DNA of 64,000 nucleotides, taken from NCBI GenBank assembly GCA_042408215.1, contig JAYFMW010000019.1:60313-124312 (forward strand), in the 5' to 3' direction. The position numbers and the translations under genes are program-made. The notes under the pieces were generated by a model. The model searched no databases. It was given only the letters and a program-made list of their open reading frames with translations, and had not been told where the DNA came from. Shown here in pieces: positions 57,120 through 64,000 of this stretch. The stretch comes from Microcoleus sp. GTDB taxonomy: Bacteria > Cyanobacteriota > Cyanobacteriia > Cyanobacteriales > Microcoleaceae. Within the stretch, counting starts at the first letter, position 1. Each line of letters starts with the position of its first letter.

Positions 57120-60100
57120 CCTCAGTGCATCGCGAACCAGGGTTCGACGACCTGCCTTATCATACTCATACTCAGTACGGTTGCCCTCGTTCGTCGGTAG
57201 AAGCAGTTATGCGACCTGCCTTATCGTATTCGCTTTTAGTTCTAGGGTTATCTGCGAGGTTTCCAGGTGTGCTATCGGGATAAATGGTTTCAATTAACCG
57301 TCCTAAAGCATCATAGATATAGCGAGTTGTTTGATTGGTTCGATCGGTTTCAGCAATCAGACGACCTGCTTCGTCATACACACTTTTCTCTGATGTACCG
57401 TCAGCGTACAAAGTTTCTACAAGTTGGTTTTTAGCATTATAGCGATATTCAGTACGGCGAGCGATTGCACCCTCTTCAATCACCGCAGTCAAGTTTCCGA
57501 GTATGTCGTATTCGTGCCTGATGACATTGCCTGTTGAATTAGTTTTAGTCTGAACTCGACCTTGAGAATCATAAGTCCAGCTTGTTGTCTGTTGTCGCAA
57601 ACCATTCAGGGTTGTTACTTTAACAGTCTCTGTGATTTGGTCGCCATTACTGTTATAGGTATAAGCCGTTTCATTGCCAAAAGCGTCAATCTGACGAATA
57701 ACATTGCCGAAGTCATCGTACTCAAATCGTGTCTTGTTACCGTTAGCATCTGTCAGTGAAGTAGTGTTACCAAACTGGTTAGTGGTTTCTCTTATAGTAT
57801 TACCTTCTGCGTTAGTTGTGTTGAGAAGATTTCTTCTTTTGTCGTAGGTATAACTAATCGTATTACCTAGCGGGTCAGTTCTGCTTGTGACTTGCCCAAA
57901 GCTGTTATAGCTATAATAGGCTTTATTACCCAACGGATCTGTAATATAGATGAGGTTTCCACCACTATCGTAGGCATATGTTGTTGTGTTGCCGAGAGGG
58001 TCGGTTTGGGTTAGCAATTTATTATTTTCATCAAAAGTTTGTTGTGTAATCCCCCCAAGTACATTTACTTTTTGAACTACATTCCCCCGACTGTCATAAA
58101 CATAAGTCGTTTCCTTACCGAAAACATCCTTAACCTTCTGAAGCGAATTAGAGGCATCGTAAACCAACTCCACCGCCGAACCGTTGGCATCCACCATCTG
58201 CTTTGAAACGACCAGAATCATCATACCCAGTCTTCACCCCACTCCTTCCCAACGCAGTCAACAACCTCAGTCAAAAAGTGCGGATCTGTCCGCAGCTTCG
58301 TACTCAAACCGAGTTGCATTATTCTCCCTATCCTTAACAGCAACCAAATCCCCTTTCGCGTCGTATTCGTACTTGACCTTCTTCCCATCCGGGTCAACAA
58401 CACCGACAATCCTCCCACCAACATCCCTCTCAAAAGTCACCGACTTACCTGTCGAACTACTCTTAATCCCCGCATCGCTAAAAGTCAACTTATTCCCATT
58501 CGCATCAGTAGCAGTCAACAAATCCCCAGTTTTAGCATCAATCTCGTAAATTAATCCCTCCTTCGTAGTCAACACATACACCCCACCAAAGGCAGGATTT
58601 TCAGGATTGAAGGGCTGTGCGTTCACCCCATAATACCCGTTCTCATTCCTGACCAAATTCGCATCCTTAACCGTCAGAGTCATCGTCGAACCCGAATGCG
58701 ACTCAAAAGCCGGCTTGAACATCTGAGCACCCGGCCCAGCCCCTCCCAAATACTGATTCAGATGATGCGGAGTCGGCTTAAAAGTAAACGTTTCCCGCTT
58801 ACCACCCGGAAGCGTAATAAACACCTTAGTCTTGCTATCAAACGGTACCGTATTTATCCCCAACTCCTCATAAGTCGGATCAGCTTTTAGCGAAGTCTTC
58901 AAATCCGTATCCCGGAATTCCATCCGCCAGCCGTAACCGAAATCATCGCTAGCATTTGCATTCAAAGAATCGTAAGTCCGAGTCACGTTAATCGGAATTC
59001 CCGCCACTGGAACCGATAAATCAGTAAACGACAACCGGAAATTACCCAACTTCAAATCTCCCGCAACATTCACCGTCCTTTCAGTAGTCGAACCGTTACC
59101 GTTGGTATCTATTGCAGTGAATTTGAGAACGTAAGCGCCGTTAGCCAAAACAGTCGGGTCAAATGTCGCAACCGTTCCATTGCTGACAGCAGCAGTTCCC
59201 CGATAAACCTCCTTAAATCCTCCGCCATCGCCCGGAATTTGCCCGCCACCGACTGGGGCTACTTCCAATGTATAGTAAGCTAAATTGCTGTCAGAAATCG
59301 TGCCGGTGATGTTGAAGGGCGCAGTGATTTCTGCATCATCTTCTAAACTGATGTTGATAGTTGGCGCGTTGACATCGCTAGTATCAATTGCAGCCACAGT
59401 TTGAGTCGCATTCCCCACATTTCCAGCCGCATCTTTAGCCGTTGCAACTGCTGTGAAATTGCCTAAATTATTTACCTTGACATTTGCTTGACCTTGTGCA
59501 TCTAAAACAACAGGAGTGCCGTTAATTGTCAAACCCAAAGATTCGACTTTCACGTTATCGACAGCATTCACAGTAAACGTGACCGAATCTCCGAGATTAG
59601 CTGTATTTTTACTGGCAACAATATTGACTTTAGGGGCGGAAGTATCGGCGACGACGCTTAAATTGTAAGAAACAGTAACGCTTTCTCCAAAAGTATCAGT
59701 CACCTTAACCTCAACCGGATGATTGCCGATATTAGCAGCATTCGGCTTCCAACTAATCCGCCCGAATTCATCAACTGTCATGCCGCTGGGAGATTGAATT
59801 AAAGCAAAAGTCAACAAATCCCCATTCGCATCAGTCGCCTTCAAATCGTAGCGATAACTTGCACCGGGCGAAACAGATTGAATCGGAATAGTTGGCACAA
59901 CCGCTGCTGAATTAGCCCTGGCAATTAACTCAAAACCTTGGGCCGCACCCGTACCAGAATTGTCAACAGCCCCAACTACCACTTGATGGTTTCCAGCAGT
60001 AGGATTGTTCCAAGTAATCGAACCAGTAGCCGAATTAATTGTCATTCCCGGAGGAGATTGCAATAACTGGTACTGCGAGATAGTACCGTCAGCATCGGCG

Positions 60101-63100
60101 GCAGTTACTTGGTAGCTGTAAGGGCGTCCTGGTGAGGCTGTGAATACAGGTGTGGAAGTGATTGCTGGGGGAAGATTGATAGCAGTTTGAGAAATGGTTA
60201 GCGCGTATTGCTGTGAAGCTGTAGCCTCGCTTGAGTCAGAAACCAACACCCCCACGTTCTGCACGCCCACCTGTGATAAAGAAGGAGTCCACTGAATCAA
60301 CCCGGTTTTGGGGTTAATTGTCATGCCGTTTGGTGGTGAAACCAAAGAGAAAGTTAGGGGGTCGTTTTCGGCATCTCGTGCCAGTACCGCGTAGTTGTAT
60401 GTCTTGTTAGCAGCAGCTAGGGTTGGGGGAGTGGAGATAATACCGGGCGGCACATTGACACCCCGCACGTTGAGGGTGAAGGCTTGACCGACATAAGTCC
60501 CAGAAATGTCCATCACCCGCAGGGCTACGTCGTGAGTTCCTATTTGGTCTGGGGATGGGTTCCAGCGCAGCTTGCCCGTTTCCGGGTCAATGGACATCCC
60601 GACTGGGGCTGCATCCAGGCTCCAAAACAGCGGGTCTTTATCGGGGTCAGTGGCTGCTATGTCGTACTGGTAAAGCTTTTGAACTGTAGCGGTCTGACGC
60701 GGAATAGAAGTGATGCTGGGCGGTTGATTTTGGTTTTGAGAACCGACGTTGAGGATAAATTCTTGTTCTGCGACACCCCCTCGGCCGTCTTCAACCGAGA
60801 TTTTGACGGGATTAGAACCGAAAAAAGCTGTCGTGGGCTGCCAGGTAACTCGCCCCTGCGAGTCAATTCTCATCCCAGCAGGAGCAGTTTCGAGAGTATA
60901 AGTGAGCGGGTCGCCGTAGGGGTCGTTAGCTTGTAAGTTGTAGAAATAAGCCTGACCCAAGCCAGTGTAGAGTCGGGGTGTTGAAGTAATGGTGGGGTCG
61001 GTGTTGGGCGCGCTGGCAATGACATTCAGATTGAATGTTTGAGCGGTTTCTTCCCCCTTTCCATCGCGGGCAATGACGGTAATTGTGCGGCTCCCCGATA
61101 CGGTTGGAGTCCAGGTGAATATGCCTGTGTTGGTTCCAATGACAGCATCAGCCGGAGCCGTACCCAAGCTATAAGAGATGGGGTCAAAATCCGCATCAAT
61201 AGCTTTGAACTGTATCTGTAAAGGCTGACCGACTGTTCCTGTAGGGGCTGTGACGTTAAGACCGACAATGGTAGTGAAATGCGGCCGTTCATTTCCCGGT
61301 TTAACCGTAATCGTGCTCGATTGCAAGTCGAGTCCCCCGTAGCCGTCCTGCACGCGGATGGTGAAATCGTGAGCGCCCCATTGCTGGGCGGTGGGAATCC
61401 AACCTACAGTACCAGTTTGCGGATCGATCGCCATGCCTTCTGGTTTGACAATCAGGTCGTAGACCAGAGGGTTTTTGTCTGCATCGGTGGCAGTCGGTCT
61501 GTACCGCACTAGCTGACCTGCGCTGGCTGTTGTTGGTGCAGTACTGGTAAAGACTGGGTTTTGATTTCCAAACGTTCTAGTGCCGATAGCGCTGCGAAAA
61601 TCTAGTCCCGCAAGCACCTGACCGCTGGCGAGTGAGACTTGATAAGTCTCGCTTGACGGCACAATCTGGGTGGAACCTGGAGGCAGGAGTGTTGCTACTG
61701 TATAAGTTCCTGGTGCTAAAGTAAACAAATAGTTACCGTTGGCATCGGTTGTTGTGGACGATTCGCCCTCATCCAAACGATTGTTGTTGTTGGCGTCTAT
61801 GTAGACAACCGCCCCAGGCTGTCGCAGTCGCGCTCCCACCGGGTCAATACTTCTAAAAATGGCATAAAAGCCATCGCTGGAACTGTTGGAATAAATCGAA
61901 TCATGCCAGATATACCGAGCAGTTTGGGATATCCCTTGACTGACAAACGACCCCCAAGGGAAAGATCCGTTGGGAGCAGATTCTTGTGGTATTTGCCAAG
62001 TAGATCGAGATATCTCATCCCTCAGTTGCGCGATGGGGGGAACATTAGGCCAACTGGGGCTACGATTAGTGGAAACGATATATTCCCAATCCTGGGTGTT
62101 GGTTCGTAGGGAAATGTTGTCGCTCAATTCGGCCAGTAACATCTGTGTAGAGCCTTCATCCCAAGCCACAACATACAGATGTTCGTCAGAAGGCATGGTG
62201 AAATTGAATGTTTCAGCACCATACCAGTTGTTCTGGGTATCGATGCCTACAAGTTTTAGGGAAGCGCCGTCATCAGCACCATAATAGAGCGCATAGCGGT
62301 TATCTGCCGTAAGCGTCGCTTTGACGGAAACCTCGATTTCTGAAAACCGATTACCACTCATCACGGTGCCTCGAAGTTCACCCGGTTGGTTGTTGCTGAT
62401 GTTGACGCTCCAGCTTTGCGTCGATTCACCCCCGCGGCTATCCCGCGCTCTAACCGCAACATTATGGGAACCCACAACAGGTGCATTCCAGGTAAGCACG
62501 CCCGTATTCTCATCAACAACCACTCCAGCAGGCGCACCAACCAAAGAATACCGCAGCGGGTCAGAATCGGAGTCTAGGGCGCGAACGCTGTAGCTGTAAG
62601 CACTCCCCGCATATCCTTGAGTCGCCGGCTCGCTGACAATCAGCGGAGCGTTGTTACCGGGCTGTTGTTGGGTCAAAATAGAAAAACTCTGTTCGGCTAT
62701 CCCACTGAGGCCGTCTACCGCTCTCAGCATCACGTTTGCAGCGTTGCGTTGGTTGCCCGAAGGTGTCCAAGTGAGTAACCCAGTGCGAGGGTCGAGAGTC
62801 ATATTTGAGGGGGCATTAACCAAATTAAAAGTCAAGGTATCGCCGTCATCATCTTTACCCTGAACCTGATAGCGGTAAGGTTGCTTGAGCCACGCATCAA
62901 CAACTGGCGTCGAAGTAAAAATCGGAGGTCGATTCGGCGGCGCATTAATAGCTGAAAGCACATATTTTTGTTTGGCAATTCCACCTTTTCCATCCTCAAC
63001 CTGCACGGTCACCGCGTGATTTCCAATATCTCCGGCAACCGGATTCCAACTAATAATCCCGGTTTGAGCATCTATCTCCATCCCCAACGGTTTTTCCAAC

Positions 63101-64000
63101 AAGGAATAAGTCAGCGCATCCCCATCGGCATCAACAGCAATTGCAGTATAAACGTAACTTTTACCTACCAAAGCTTCCGTATTTGGTGTCGCCTTAAATT
63201 GTGGAACTTGATTTAACTGGCTTAAAAATACTAAATCGTAACTAAACTGAACTCCTTGAGGATTGTAAAATTTTAACGTATCGGTTGATGTCAGTTCCCC
63301 TGGTTCTAAAATGCCGCCGCCAACCAGTTTGCTAATGTCGTAATAAGGAATTCCTTCCGGCGTGATTCCGTCTGCATCCAACAGTCGCACCGTTGGGTCG
63401 CTAATCTTGTTTATCGCTACCAAAAGCGTACCCCGAACCGGATACTGACCTGTATTTTTTACAGCTAAATCGGCGTAAAGAATTTTACTGCTTGAATTGA
63501 AGGAAGTCTGTTTGTATTCTGCCCCCAGCCGGCTTGAAACGTCCTGCAAGCGGGCGAAATTGACTGGTGCGTTAGGGGATACATCCTGAAAGGGCAATGC
63601 TGTTACGGGAGCCGTTGCAGCCGATGCAGGTTGGATGGCAATTGAGGTGATGCCTACTTGCGTAGTTTTATCGCTGTCGTTGTTGACTAACCGTATTTGT
63701 AGTGTAGCCGTCGTACCAGGCGCGATTTGCGATAAGTTTACACTGATATTAGAGCCATTGAAAGTAACGCCCGATGCTAGTTGAGATTGTTGCCCTTCGG
63801 TACTATTAAAGAAGGCATTTTTGCCTGGGGAAATGGTGTGGACTAGGGATTTTCCTGAATTATCGACTAATGCTATTTCAAAGGCATCCTTAATTGATTT
63901 GGTGTCGGAAGTATCGAAGTTGAGGTTGGCAAGGCTGATGTTGAGGAATGAGCCAGATGTGGGGATGGTTAAGGTACGCTCGTAAGTGTTGGCAAATATC
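57120..64000 (-). CDS. Giant Ig-repeat/RHS protein (copy A): 5' part outside the window, C-terminal RHS core missing
   Basis: Frame open from 63999; about ten putative Ig/cadherin-like repeats (N.PP.ITSTP...A.D.DGD.LTYSL...P.GM.ID..TG.I.W.P), an SdrD-B-like unit, then YD repeats with single-base insertions near 58288, 58255, 58205 and 57184. Confidence 0.88.

Noticed and set aside
47160..60183. Diversity-generating retroelement TR/VR pair
   Set aside because: No reverse transcriptase in the window; the repeat is kilobases long and the differences are not adenine-specific.
44570..63216. Many short plus-strand and alternate-frame ORFs in the RHS region (and similar ones over gyrB, msrP and the kinase)
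   Set aside because: They are shadows of long, biased coding sequences and have no protein-like motifs.

Overview
Filamentous cyanobacterial chromosome segment, probably Microcoleus/Tychonema-like (inferred from abundant HIP1 GCGATCGC, heptamer tandem repeats, Uma2 genes, ho1 and intein-containing gyrB). 1-13.6 kb is an accessory patchwork: Uma2 genes, a TPR protein, an L,D-transpeptidase, a chimeric toxin-antitoxin cluster, nested miniature inverted-repeat elements, a decayed ThiF/small Gly-terminated protein locus with a circularly permuted tRNA-mimic (YrlA-like) RNA, and tRNA-Lys(CTT) with an att-type scar. 14.1-25.1 kb is a tightly coupled 10-gene operon and the best candidate for an undescribed system: membrane/coiled-coil protein, NrdG-like radical SAM, three tandem P-loop GTPases, a large TM plus peptidoglycan-binding-like protein, a multi-TM FHA-like protein, an exported vWA protein, a Pro-rich protein and a Ycf46-like AAA+ ATPase. 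25-39.6 kb is mostly housekeeping (ho1, gyrB with a 435-aa HNH intein, miaA, msrP, kinase-WD40) plus a tnpB-only IS200/IS605 element. 40-41.9 kb holds a defective IS5 with an internal CGATCG minisatellite that truncates a second tnpB. 42.9-64 kb is a rearranged giant Ig-repeat/RHS polymorphic toxin locus with three toxin tips (RNase-like, C39-like peptidase, DxE deaminase), four immunity candidates and an apparently swappable N-terminal insert. Many single-base insertions look like sequencing or assembly errors. Family names come from motif recognition by eye; no searches were run.
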